From Phoronis australis (lineage: Eukaryota; Animalia; Phoronida), in assembly GCA_002633005.1 (NCBI GenBank), contig NMRA01000245.1, positions 186,001 to 250,000 of the forward strand: a DNA stretch of 64,000 nucleotides. The letters run 5' to 3'. The position numbers and the translations under genes were made by a program. This document shows positions 53,801 to 63,044 of the stretch, piece by piece. Position 1 is the stretch's first letter. The number at the start of each line of letters is the position of its first letter. The notes beneath the pieces were generated by a model. It was not told where the DNA came from. It saw nothing but the letters and a program-made list of their open reading frames with translations, and ran no database searches.

Positions 53801-54640
53801 TTTTTATTTAAGATTCTTGTAGTCCTTAATAGTTTCGATGCTTTGATAACAGAAGCCGTACCAGGAATGTATCATTCTCCATCCCCTATCCCCATAGTCC
53901 TGCACCATGATTTAACAAACAATTCCGTCGATTTTATTTCCCCCAAACCAAATTTAAATGCATTGATTGCTACTAGATTTGTCAGATATTTCATAGAATA
54001 GGTCTTTGACTAGCCATTTCTCTTTTATAAGGGTCTTTGAACTTAATAGCTGGGCATGTCACACTGTGATATGTTTCTGGAAACTACATGTGTTGCGTGG
54101 AAAGTCTTTTGAAGTTTCCGATTGTTATTGTTTGCAATTACTATTCAGAGGAAGACTCTTCAATAGTTGTACTGCTCTGTAATTGGGTTTCAATTTTCAC
54201 AGTTAATTTGATCGATAGTTCACAGATTAGTGTCTACGCAGTTTTGTCTAACATTCCCTGGGAAAGTTAGGTCTTGTTATGTACTTGTTGATGTCAGTTG
54301 TCTTGTAATGTCACTGTCGTGTAGATTGTTGAGTCCTTAGCTCAAAACATTGGATTTCGACTTTTTGTAAGTAACGCCACAATACTCAATTATGTATTTG
54401 CTGTGTGTGTTTCAACTCCTTGCTGAATGCTAACATTCATTGTGTAGGTGTACCTCGTTAGTAATTTAAATTGAATTAACGAGCCCATTTTCACCATCTA
54501 CTTTAACTGTTGTGGCCTGACATCATGCTGTGTTACCCCCACTGTTGACTTCGCAGGCTTATCACTACGCCACCATGCCTCGTCAGCGCAATGCCAGACA
54601 TCGCAGTCGTCAAGCCCTGCCTGAGGAGTGGACTAACTAA
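32801..54640 (+). CDS. REEP: Receptor expression-enhancing protein, REEP1-4 subfamily (TB2/DP1/HVA22 domain); join(32801..32832,37365..37437,39904..39980,43346..43466,44758..44859,49339..49441,50089..50202,51934..52070,54557..54640), ~280 aa
   Basis: All junctions are GT-AG and phase-compatible; total 843 nt. Translation [48 protein letters not shown]... is a typical REEP1-4 N-terminus. Exon 1-4 sizes 32/73/77/121 equal those recalled for human REEP1. Confidence 0.9.
36931..37058 (+). mobile_element. MITE family B copy
   Basis: CGTTCAGTAACGCGAGGAC ... TCCTAGTGTTACTGAACG, same core. Confidence 0.85.
37365..37437 (+). CDS. REEP: REEP exon 2 ([24 protein letters not shown])
   Basis: Acceptor ttgttacag|, donor |GTAAGT, 73 nt, conserved FGTLYPxYxSYKAVK motif. 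Confidence 0.97.
37523..37800 (-). mobile_element. Family E copy, 85 bp downstream of REEP exon 2
   Basis: TGTTCTCCACAACCTGTTTTGAC ... GTTTTGGAGAACA. Confidence 0.8.
39904..39980 (+). CDS. REEP: REEP exon 3 ([26 protein letters not shown])
   Basis: Acceptor tttcag|, donor TG|GTAGGT, 77 nt, conserved [10 protein letters not shown] motif. Not in the ORF track. Confidence 0.97.
41171..41513 (+). mobile_element. Family D copy with internal (TG)n expansion
   Basis: CCATCCACACACAATCTGACCCTAGAACA ... GTTCCAGGGTAAATCTGCATGTGGACG; (TG)~13 at ~41429-41454 replaces TGCGTGTGG of other copies. Confidence 0.75.
42310..42505. repeat. Degenerate inverted-repeat element
   Basis: AAGACGCAACAGTG (~42332) pairs with CACCGTTGTGTCTT (~42474); inner CCCGTA/TACGGG. 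Confidence 0.5.
43186..43300 (+). mobile_element. Hairpin MITE family A, copy 4
   Basis: ATATAACGTGCCCGTATTTTGAGAACCAGTTT / AAACTGGTTCTCAAAATTCGTGCACGTTATAT. Confidence 0.85.
43346..43466 (+). CDS. REEP: REEP exon 4 ([40 protein letters not shown])
   Basis: Acceptor ctttctccag|, donor AAG|GTGTGT, 121 nt, conserved PFYYELK and [17 protein letters not shown] motifs. Confidence 0.97.
43548..43843. repeat. Tandem duplication ~148 bp x2
   Basis: Both units start ATCATTCAGGGTGGTTCATT and end CTAGCTT.CAGTTT.CAA. Confidence 0.9.
43901..43992. repeat. Minisatellite 24 bp x~4
   Basis: CGAGTTGATACTGGGACAGTCAGG variants. Confidence 0.9.
44758..44859 (+). CDS. REEP: REEP exon 5 ([34 protein letters not shown])
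   Basis: Branch ctaac, acceptor ttcag|, donor |GTAAGT; homologous to the EIDD..AK..SY..G..GLN amphipathic helix exon. Confidence 0.93.
47353..47730 (+). CDS. REEP: Candidate alternative (terminal or poison) REEP exon encoding an acidic 125-aa Ser/Glu-rich tail
   Basis: Phase-0 acceptor ttctag| directly before a 125-codon ORF in frame with exon 5; protein-like composition with repeated [LM]SRE[AT] motifs; no recognised homology. Confidence 0.5.
   Translation: MSVATWQVSAVAYEKQMSELREELSREASIGSSEELHHLTEESVTECDIELSPSKESTADLSLNEQTSSNSVDDNYLNTSLSRQEKLAISKELGQMSRETIAEVLRELSREATMNDWNTDSGDNY
47959..47985 (+). CDS. REEP: Candidate 27-nt in-frame REEP microexon (AISQLRSNV)
   Basis: Strong acceptor ttttggtttcctttag|, consensus donor |GTAAGT, phase 0-0, no stop, between phase-0 exons 5 and 6. 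Confidence 0.65.
48122..48531. mobile_element. Possible old hAT-like non-autonomous element
   Basis: Termini CAGGGTGTTCAAAT / ATTTGAACACCTTG; no intact TSD seen. Confidence 0.45.
49339..49441 (+). CDS. REEP: REEP exon 6 ([34 protein letters not shown]-)
   Basis: Acceptor tgtttag|, donor G|GTGAGA; LKKSYSMGD corresponds to the conserved LRSFSMQD motif of REEP1-4. Confidence 0.88.
50089..50202 (+). CDS. REEP: REEP exon 7 ([38 protein letters not shown]-)
   Basis: Long polypyrimidine tract ending tcctctag|, donor G|GTTAGT, phase 1-1, open and acidic. Confidence 0.8.
50346..50509. repeat. Minisatellite 35 bp x~4.7
   Basis: CATTTGGATGGTTATCCTTAAATCCTATGGACATT, head-to-tail with no spacers. Confidence 0.95.
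50737..50865. repeat. Long palindrome with perfect 36-bp arms and 2-nt loop
   Basis: ATGAAGTAATATCCCACGAGACATTATTCCGCGTAT-TG-ATACGCGGAATAATGTCTCGTGGGATATTACTTCAT (50764-50837), extending imperfectly ~25 bp each side. Confidence 0.95.
51934..52070 (+). CDS. REEP: REEP exon 8 ([46 protein letters not shown])
   Basis: Acceptor gcgttacag|, donor GAG|GTGATT, phase 1-0, open, GC-richer than flanks. Confidence 0.78.
54557..54640 (+). CDS. REEP: REEP terminal exon A ([27 protein letters not shown])
   Basis: Branch ttgac plus acceptor tcgcag|, phase 0, basic tail, TAA stop, GC-rich island. Confidence 0.7.
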   Translation, partial: AYHYATMPRQRNARHRSRQALPEEWTN

Positions 54641-56364
54641 AGGTTTTGCCACCTATATCTAATTGCCTTCACCAGCTCTGCTTACATTTTACTGCCTTGA
54701 TTTCTGTCCCTTTAACACAACGTTCTGTATGAAACCGATTCAGTTGCGCTACAGAGAGCATTAAATCCACCCTGTTTGTCTCTCCTGAATGTAAGCTGTG
54801 ATCATTTACTCTTCTGTTTAGAATGTCAATTTCGTTTCTGCTACAATTACTAAAAAAAACTAATCGCAATGCTTGTACTTGAATTTTAACATCATCATGT
54901 CTATGTCGCCTCAGCCAGTGTCTGCCTTTATTGATTTGCTTCTAACAGAAGAATTCCCTGGACATTTGTTGTTGAAATGTCACGGGGTGCATCCTCACAG
55001 CTTACACGTTATACTTACAACATGTTGATGGGCTAACCCCTCGTCTGTCTACTGTACAGCACTCGTGTATTGTGACGTTACCTGCAGACATGTTAGGTAG
55101 TGGCTCTGAAGTATGCATGCACGCCTTGACATTATCAATGTCAAGCTTCGTGTTGAATGTTTTACTTTTAAGTTTGTCCTTTTGTGTTTCAAGCTTAACT
55201 ATTGATGCTGGTAAGACATGGGAGAGGGAATGTTGTGTTGCTCTGTAGTGTCTGCCCATGTTGTGAAGGAGGGTGTAGGTGTGGACTGGTGTTCTTTCTC
55301 ATATCTTTCCTATGCCACATGCCTCTTGCACAAAATGTTTTGTCTTTTATTGGGACATTGCTTATCCTTCATGACACTACAGATAGTAACAGGAAGACAT
55401 GTTTTCCTCATGATAACCATTATTAATGACACAATTTTCCAATAATGCCTTACTCTAAATACAATTACATCACAGTTATCTGTGTAGGGTCTTGCTCTGA
55501 TGGCCGCTGCACCTGGACAACATTAGCAGGCCAACATGTTTCGGCACTGTTTTTCATCTCTTAAGATTATCTCAAACCTTATTTAGTGACCTCCATTCTA
55601 ACTCGTATATCAAAAAACATGCTATGTCAACCACTAAAAGTGTATACATATTTTTTGAAAGAAAAAAGATCAGGTACTATGACTTAAAATTTAACGTTTT
55701 GTTACACCAGACATTCGTTCTTTGCACAAAATCATGGCAGCATTTCTCCTATGTTTGAAAGCCGCATTAGATCAAAGCTGCTTTATGCATGTGAGTACAA
55801 TCGTGTAGTTTGTACTAACCTTCAGTTCACCCTCTCTTAGTTTCTCTCGATTCATTCCACCCTCTATCATTTAGTGAGATCGATGGAGTTCATCATTTTG
55901 TTCACATTTCCTGTGTAACATGTTTTTTTAATTCATTAATGAACTTCTCGCAAAAAAACATTTTCCCACAATGCATTACTTCCCTCGGGCATTGTTGTCT
56001 TACCGAGTCTGACCTTGGTTAGTGGTTTTTAGTTCTTCCCAAGCCAAGAAATCACTTCTAATCCAAGTAAGGGACAATTTGATACCAACTTTATTAAGGC
56101 AAGCCGTCTTAATCCAAATTGTGTTTTGACAGAAGATGGGTTGATAGCATGTCTAAATTTAACTAAAACCTGTGTCAAAACTCACCAGCATTTTGCTGTA
56201 GTGCACTGTGTTATTGCGATTATCTCTTGAAAAATTGTACATGATATTGTGTTGTCTGTGGTAAAAATATGTACTACAGGTGTCGCTGTTGATCATTTGT
56301 CATTTTCTTGATTCGAGACAATGTCATAATTTGTATTGACATTACTGGTGGGTCACTGTTTTTT

Positions 56365-56692
56365 TTACTTCGTTCAAAATTAGGCCATTACCTGTATTGA
56401 CATAACAGGACAGTCCCTCATTTTCTTACTTTGTTCAAGATTGTGCCATTACCTGTATTGACATAAACAGGGCAGTCCCTTATTTTATTACTTAGTTCAA
56501 AATAACACCATTACCTGTATTGACATAACAGTGCTGTCCCTCATTTTCTTAACTATTGACATAACAGGGCAGTCCCTCATTCTATTATTCAGTTCAAAGT
56601 AACGGCATTACCTGTACTGATATAACAAGGCAACCCCTCATTTTCTTACTTTGTTCAGATAACGCCATTACCTATATTGACATAACAGGGCA
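56365..56692. repeat. Imperfect ~60-bp tandem repeat x5-6
   Basis: Recurring CCATTACCTGTATTGACATAACAGGGCAGTCCCTCATTTTCTTACT. Confidence 0.9.
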
Positions 56693-56750
56693 CAAAACTA
56701 ATTTCGTTGTTGTCATGGTTACTAATACTACTATTGTTTTTTTTTGACAG

Positions 56751-56809
56751 ATGAGGACATCGGGAAGTACAAAGCACAAAAGGTGAAGAGTTCAGATGTT
56801 TTTATATAG
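56751..56809 (+). CDS. REEP: Candidate alternative REEP terminal exon B (phase 0: MRTSGSTKHKR*; phase 1: DEDIGKYKAQKVKSSDVFI*)
   Basis: Very strong acceptor: tactaat branch, T9 tract, gacag|. AATAAA at 56846-56851 and again at 58614 and 58627. Confidence 0.5.
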
Positions 56810-58219
56810 CTCCATGAAGCAGTATGTATGGTGTGTGTTGAATGTAATAAATATAAGTTTTGAATGGAAAAAATTACCTGTTTAACCACTTAAAAGAATT
56901 CTTCCTATAATTCTATGTATAGTGTATAATTAAATTTTTGTGGTCTTTTCTTTTTCCTAGCCGTAGTGCAAAGTAAACTAAGTTTGTTGGATGAGGAACT
57001 AGTATATTCAGTTGATATTGGAACTTAGATCTCACTCATCGTGGCATTACTGATCCTTTGTAGGGACGGGATACATTTATCTAGGCAGAACATGTGTTTA
57101 GCAATAGCATTTGACTTTGTTCCTGAGAGGGATCGGTGTCTAAAACAAACTGAGAGTGTATGCTGTTAATCAAGTATTTTCTTTCTGGACAGTTGATCCT
57201 TGCAAATCTCTTTTTGTATGATTTTGTAACGTGATTCTTTTTGGTGCTCAGCCGTGAAGTTATTCCAATTGAACTCGAGACTTATTTTGAACACGGATTA
57301 TTTTTTTACTGCTTTTTGAAAACAAGACTTTTGATTTAGTTTCCGTCTTAAAAGTAAAATTTGGTAAATGTTAGATAGGTGTCTTCAGTCTAGTTTATTT
57401 CTTCAATCTCACCACAAATCTTAATTGATTTAACTGGTTTTGCCAGTAATTTTGTCTGTATCCTGATCTTTTGTGGTCACTGTAAAGTCCAGAGAATATT
57501 TAGGGTGCTGTTTCTAGACAGTGATGTCTTGAAACTCGTGTTCTGTAGATCTGTGTAGGTGTGACCTCCTTCATTTAGATTTTATGTTAAGAGAATCGCG
57601 TGTTTGTGTCCTATGTGGTATATAAGAGAATTTCCAGCTTATTGCACCTTGGTATTTACAGTGTCTGTGATATTCCAGCCAAGTGGTGAAGTTGCAATTG
57701 TAGCTTTTGTCAAACATTGACATTTTACAGTTGAGTGCAAGTTTTTAGTAATTGAGTCTCCACTTGTATGAGACAGTACCACTGTCTCAACTAGCCACAG
57801 TAGAGACGGTAGTCATCCCATGTGCCCTCCATACGCCAGAAACTTGTCGGCGAATTATGCCTTACACTGATTAAACCATCAGAGTCTCGTTTTGATGTAT
57901 GTACCTCTGGCGCATAGAGGGACACCTTAGGAGGCCATTGATGTCATCCACTGGCACGAGCAGCGTGAAAATGGCTAATTACCAATTTGGTCAGTTGAAT
58001 GAAGGATTGTTCAAATAAAGTTTGATTGTTGGAGCATTTGCTTGAGCTGGGATGAGTTAAAGATAACAGCCTCCTAAGGCGCCCTCTATGGGCTAAAGCT
58101 ACTTATACCAATTATACCAATATGACTCTGATGGTTGAATCAGTGTGAGGCATAATTCACCGAATCTTCTGGTGTATGGAAGGCCTGTGGGATGACAACC
58201 ATCTCTACTGGGGTCAGTT

Positions 58220-58460
58220 CCCNNNNNNNNNNNNNNNNNGTCACTGATACTGACAAGGTGCCCACAGGCGTGCACCAAAAACTGTGGGTAGACAGTACTC
58301 AATCAGCAAGTTTTGCAGGACCTTAAATTTCCATTTCGCCCCCTTTAGATAGAAAAATCTACCCCTCAAAAGGGGATGGGAATTAACAGACCTGGCAGTG
58401 CAATAGGGGTTCTCTCAGGTACAGGTTTGCGGGCACCTTGTCGATATGAGCGACCCCCTC
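58220..58460. mobile_element. Small TIR element inserted into the right arm of the MULE
   Basis: TIRs GTCACTGATACTGACAAGGTGCCC / GGGCACCTTGTCGATATGAGCGAC; left end runs into the N gap. Confidence 0.7.
58223..58239. other. Assembly gap (17 N)
   Basis: Run of n in sequence. Confidence 0.99.
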
Positions 58461-58613
58461 AGGGGCTAGTTGAGACTGCTGTACTGTCCCCACTTGTATA
58501 TGATATAAATAGAGGTTTAAGGAAGTATGGTAGAATAGTGCACGATTAATTAATGGTAGCTTATAGGAAATTTGAATTGTACTGAATTTGTTGCTTTGAA
58601 AGGGCTCAAGTAA

Positions 58614-58665
58614 AATAAACATTCAAAATAAAGTTGATGACATTGTGTTCTACTCTTTTCACCCT
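58614..58665 (+). terminator. Probable distal polyadenylation region of REEP
   Basis: Two AATAAA hexamers (58614, 58627) followed by GU/U-rich ttgtgttctactcttttc. Confidence 0.45.
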
Positions 58666-61421
58666 TGGTTAGGTAATGAATAGTTTCAATGAACTCGGGA
58701 CATCCCCATGACAGTTACTGTCGTGAAGTGTTACAAGCTTAAAGCAAACATGGCAGAAGATCCCTGAATGCATACTACCGCAGTCTGATTCTTTTCAACG
58801 TGTATTCTTGGTGATGATATAAAATATTACTGGTGTCAAGTCACTCGCTATTAAAAAGGGCCCTGGGGAAATTATAATCCATGATTCCAAGTCTTTCAGC
58901 CCTTTCATAGATGATAAGTTCATTCTCATCAACCGATCTTCATTCAAGTGGCCATCTATTCAAACACAGGAGCTATGGAGTCCACTTTAGTTTTTGCAAG
59001 TAATGCTGTTGTGCTGGTAAGCGTATATAGCATGATTGACGAGGAAAAACTCTTGCATGATTTGAGCGTGTTTAGTTTGCTGGTGTATGGGAACAAAATC
59101 TTGACGGCAAGGTCAAGGTTACGTGTTAGTAAATCCCATGTGCTCTCACTTACATGCGTTAATTCATATTTGATGATTCCCTCAATCGTGGTTTTCTTTA
59201 ATTATTCAGTCCGTGACCAAATTCACATTTAATGCTTGTAAAGGAAGGAAAATCTATGTTCAACGTCATGAAGGAGACTTTCAATTTGGGCTTGTTTATT
59301 GTGACTTATTGTCCCATGCACATTCAGTTGATGAGATCTACCTCATGCTTTTTACGCTGTCGTCCTTGATCAGTGAGTTTGCTGTGCCTCCCTAGTGGCA
59401 ATCCTATTGTTACCTACTGTGAAACTAGCAAATAGGTTGCTATAAAGGCGATGACACCTCATTTCAAATGAGATTCAACATCATCCATCTACCTAGTTAC
59501 TGCGATGCTCATTACAAAGTCGCAATTTAGCTTCAGTTTTCTTTGCGTATGCCTCTATATTTATGAAATTTGTCAATGGATTTTCATGAAATTTGGCAAA
59601 TGGGTCTCTTTACAAGACGATACATTCCCATTTCGGGAGGGATTCAGGGTATTCTGTGGCAGTTTTTATTGTTTTGGTATCCACAAAAGCACTTGAAGGA
59701 TAATCGCGAAATTTTACAAATGCCCTGTCGGTCAGGTGCAACTACATGTACTGTGACCCCAAATTTGTATTTGTCCGTTTCCCAATATCTACCAAATTCC
59801 TTGATGGTATATGTGCTTTAGTGGCAAGTATGTCTCACATTGACTTTAGTACGGGTCTTGATTACTGTGGTGCCCCCTAGTGGCAATTTAGACTTAGAGT
59901 ATTCATTATTTGCACACTCTGGTGGCTCTGCAATGATCGTTGTGCATTGCTTAGAACACAATGCCTCGTTTTTGCATCAATTTAACAACGCAAACGTAAA
60001 TTTTCCAAGCATGCAGAATCATCGTAGGTTGTACACAACTAGTCTTCAATCACAATGTCAATGTTTTGCTAGTGGTGAATAGATATATCTAGAGCAGTTC
60101 ATTTTATGAGCCGGGCATGGTCTCGAACAACAACGAACCGAACTGCCAGAGTAAGAAACAAGTTGAGAATGATTGGTCTATATCAAGTTTCTTTGGCAGA
60201 AGTAGGATTTACACGGACTTTCAGAGAAATTCTGATCATTCTTGGCTCGGGCTATCCAGACTCCACAGGTGGTAATAAAACAATTCTCTCCTCAGTCACA
60301 ACCATAAACCTTTTGATAAACTGTGTTTACTTACACAGTCCAACTGAGACAGTTGTATAGCTAAGGTCAAGGTTCACTAACAAATGCTTTCACTGCCCTT
60401 ACACATCATTCAGATGGCCAATTGTTGATTGTGAACGACACCTATGGTTTAAACCATCAGCAAAATTCTAAGCCACTATGCCGAGGAGTTATCCCCCTTA
60501 ACCCCTGCTAAAAATGTCAGTGAGAAGATACATTTTTAGAGAAGCATCTGAAGACCAAAAATGGTATCAAAGAGAAAGGGTGATTTTAAAAATGAACTAA
60601 ATAGGAAGTGACATTGTTCACAAATGATTTTTATTAATTTTCAATAAACAACAAGTATAACTTGCACAAAAGTCACTTGCGTTCATTTGATAATAAACAC
60701 CAACATAAACTGAAACCGTGACAAACCGGAATAAATAATCATAACAAGATTTACACCATTTTCAAAATGACATTTGCATCAACAATTTTATACATATATT
60801 GGCAAATCATGATTATGTAACACACTTTTGCACAATAACACTGCTCAAACATAAACACAGAATAATTATTTGAAGTATTGCAAGAAATCTTGGATAGAAC
60901 ACACTTGGGCATAAAATTGATTAGTATACTGAAATTTTCAAGAGTAAGCCAACCGGAACAAATTGAAAACTGACACCTTTTTCTTGAATACCAAATGTAT
61001 GCCAGATGTGAAACAGCAAACAACATTTATAGAATACCTTGTCACATCTAATTATAACTCTCGCCACTTATAATAGAGGTGAGACAGTTTGTCAGTAGTT
61101 AGAAAAGACACACTATTCAAATTAGACGCCAGATGCCCACTTAATGCCTCAAAGCTGAGATGATACATTGGTCATTTTGACTTACCATGGAATTAAATGA
61201 AATATTTGTTTTGTGCATACATTGAACGACATCCTAAATGTAGGCCCATGCACTTAAAATTCGCACGCCTGTTTTCAGAAATTCTACCTACATGTCTTAG
61301 CCAAACGACAGCCACATTTATGATTTCATACACTCACAGTGTTCCCAGCAGACTCGGCTTCCTGATATCAGTTTTGTAAGTGAGGCTAATATGCGAATTT
61401 CAAGTAACATGTATCTGCACA

Positions 61422-61733
61422 TCACAAACATTTTTAAGTCTGGTCTACACGCCACCTATTGGCCACATCACGTGACCTAATGAACATAAGTCTGAAAAGA
61501 CTGCTACTCCGACCGGGAATCGAACCTGGGACCCTCTGCTAACCGTTCAGACACTCTGGCCACTGAGCCATTGGGACCACTGGTCAAACACAGAAATCCA
61601 ATCATACTGCATGGTTAGCAGAAGGTCTCGGGTTCAAGTCCTGGTTGGGGCAGAAATCTTTTCAGACATGTTGATTAGGTCACGTGATGTGACCAACAGG
61701 TGGCGTGCAGATCAGACTTAAAAATGTTTGCGA
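61422..61733. mobile_element. Inverted head-to-head pair of tRNA-derived SINE-like units forming a ~310-bp foldback
   Basis: Minus copy has A box TGGCTCAGTGG (61560-61570) and B box GGTTCGATTCC; plus copy has B box GGTTCAAGTCC; ~120-bp arms 61425-61545 and 61611-61730 are reverse-complementary. Confidence 0.85.
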
Positions 61734-61856
61734 CCTATATTTCCACGCCAGTCCAAGATTTACATATTTCTACATATCTGCATAATTAACAATTGATTAA
61801 GAAACAGGAAATGCAATGTTTGACAAGATTTCATACTAGTTAACTTCAGTTTGCTG

Positions 61857-62032
61857 AACTGACCTATCGCCAGGACTTTGAGTGATAACTTAAGTGACCA
61901 ATCAGAACGCAGCATTCTTGACACACCGTTGTTTCCAAGCCACCATTTTACCCAACAAACAACACGTTGCAGGGTAAAACTTGTTTGTTTGTTGACATTT
62001 CGCTAGGGGGAGGAGCTTGCGATAGGTCAATT
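61857..62032 (-). mobile_element. MITE family C copy (in probable TMEM127 3'UTR)
   Basis: Reverse complement of the family C core; TIRs AACTGACCTATCGC / GCGATAGGTCAATT. Confidence 0.85.
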
Positions 62033-62712
62033 GGCACCTGCTAATTAGACATGCAGATTTTGAAGAAATTTTGTAACAAATGTATTCATACAATTCATTT
62101 ATATTCCCACCACAGCCAGGAGGACTTGAGATTATCAAGCAGCTTTCAAAAATTTGACACTACTTTTGTGACCTCAACTAAAACAAGGTGGTTGTGAAAT
62201 AACATCACTTCATCAACTGAGAGTCACCCATTCTCCTGAACCACAGAGTTTAACTAACTGTCAATAAGTCACTAAGTACAATCGATGTTGTGCAACTTCA
62301 CAGTTGCAGGATAACCGGGTTACTCCAAGTCCAGACATTGATCCTCTACGTCTTCTCAAACACTTGCCTCTCAATACAAATTCTTTTAACAGTCACTCAC
62401 AAAATTGTGCGCAAATCTACATTGAAGATTTGTTAAAACATTTGTCAGACATATGTTACATTGTAAAAATTCTTCAGTTTGGGCACAATATGGCAAACAT
62501 ATACAGTGTCATTCAATTTTGTGAAATTGCTCAACAAAATGACTTAGTTCCAAATTGAAGAATTTTTACTGCACATCACCTGTTTATTTCTAACTACAAT
62601 CAGCGATAGTTGCAGACTATCAATGACTTGCATATGTAACAGCTGTTTTGCCACCGTCTCAGAGTTCTTTGCATATCACCTTACTTCAAGAAATCGCAAA
62701 CAAGGCCAATAA

Positions 62713-63044
62713 TCACGGTGTATACGCTGGCGGTTCTTCATGCTCCGCCCCTGGTGACGGCGGTGCCACTGCGTCATCCAACGCGATCGGTTCGCTGACA
62801 AATTGTTCGTCATAATCGTCCAACAGCTCGTCCCCCTCCTCGTTGTCATGGGCAGGGTGTCGTCTCAGCAAGTTGCATGCGGTTGCTATGACAGACAGGC
62901 CTCCTGCAGCTGTCACCAGATAGAAGCTGACATCAAAGTGACACACCACCTTACTCGTGCTACTCACCCTTTCCTGCTTCTGTTCAGCTTCCATCAGTGT
63001 GGACACCCAGAAACAGAAGCCGTTGATCGTAACGCAGATCAGAA
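62713..63044 (-). CDS. TMEM127: Last coding exon of transmembrane protein 127
   Basis: Phase-1 acceptor cttctccctag|. VLICVTINGFCFW...FDVSFYLVTAAGGLSVIATACNLLR...PPAYTP* matches recalled human TMEM127 (VIGFSYW...[25 protein letters not shown]...PPPAYTP). Confidence 0.95.

Larger units (their letters stand above)
57770..58490. mobile_element. Mutator-like (MULE) foldback non-autonomous element with nested insertion
   Basis: Perfect 9-bp TSD CACTTGTAT (57761-57769, 58491-58499); termini GAGACAGTAC / GTACTGTCCC; ~165-bp inverted arms (57770-57935 vs 58069-58213 plus 58462-58490). Confidence 0.85.
60610..62712 (-). other. TMEM127: Probable TMEM127 3' UTR (~2.1 kb)
   Basis: U-rich on the minus strand; minus-strand AATAAA at ~60630-60635 (plus TTTATT). 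Confidence 0.45.

Noticed and set aside
56365-56692. ~60-bp periodic repeat as a CRISPR array
   Set aside because: The intervening parts are also homologous to each other; it is a degenerate minisatellite.
61500-61580. Functional tRNA gene
   Set aside because: A and B boxes are present but there is no proper acceptor or anticodon stem, and it has a tail shared with the inverted copy; SINE-like.
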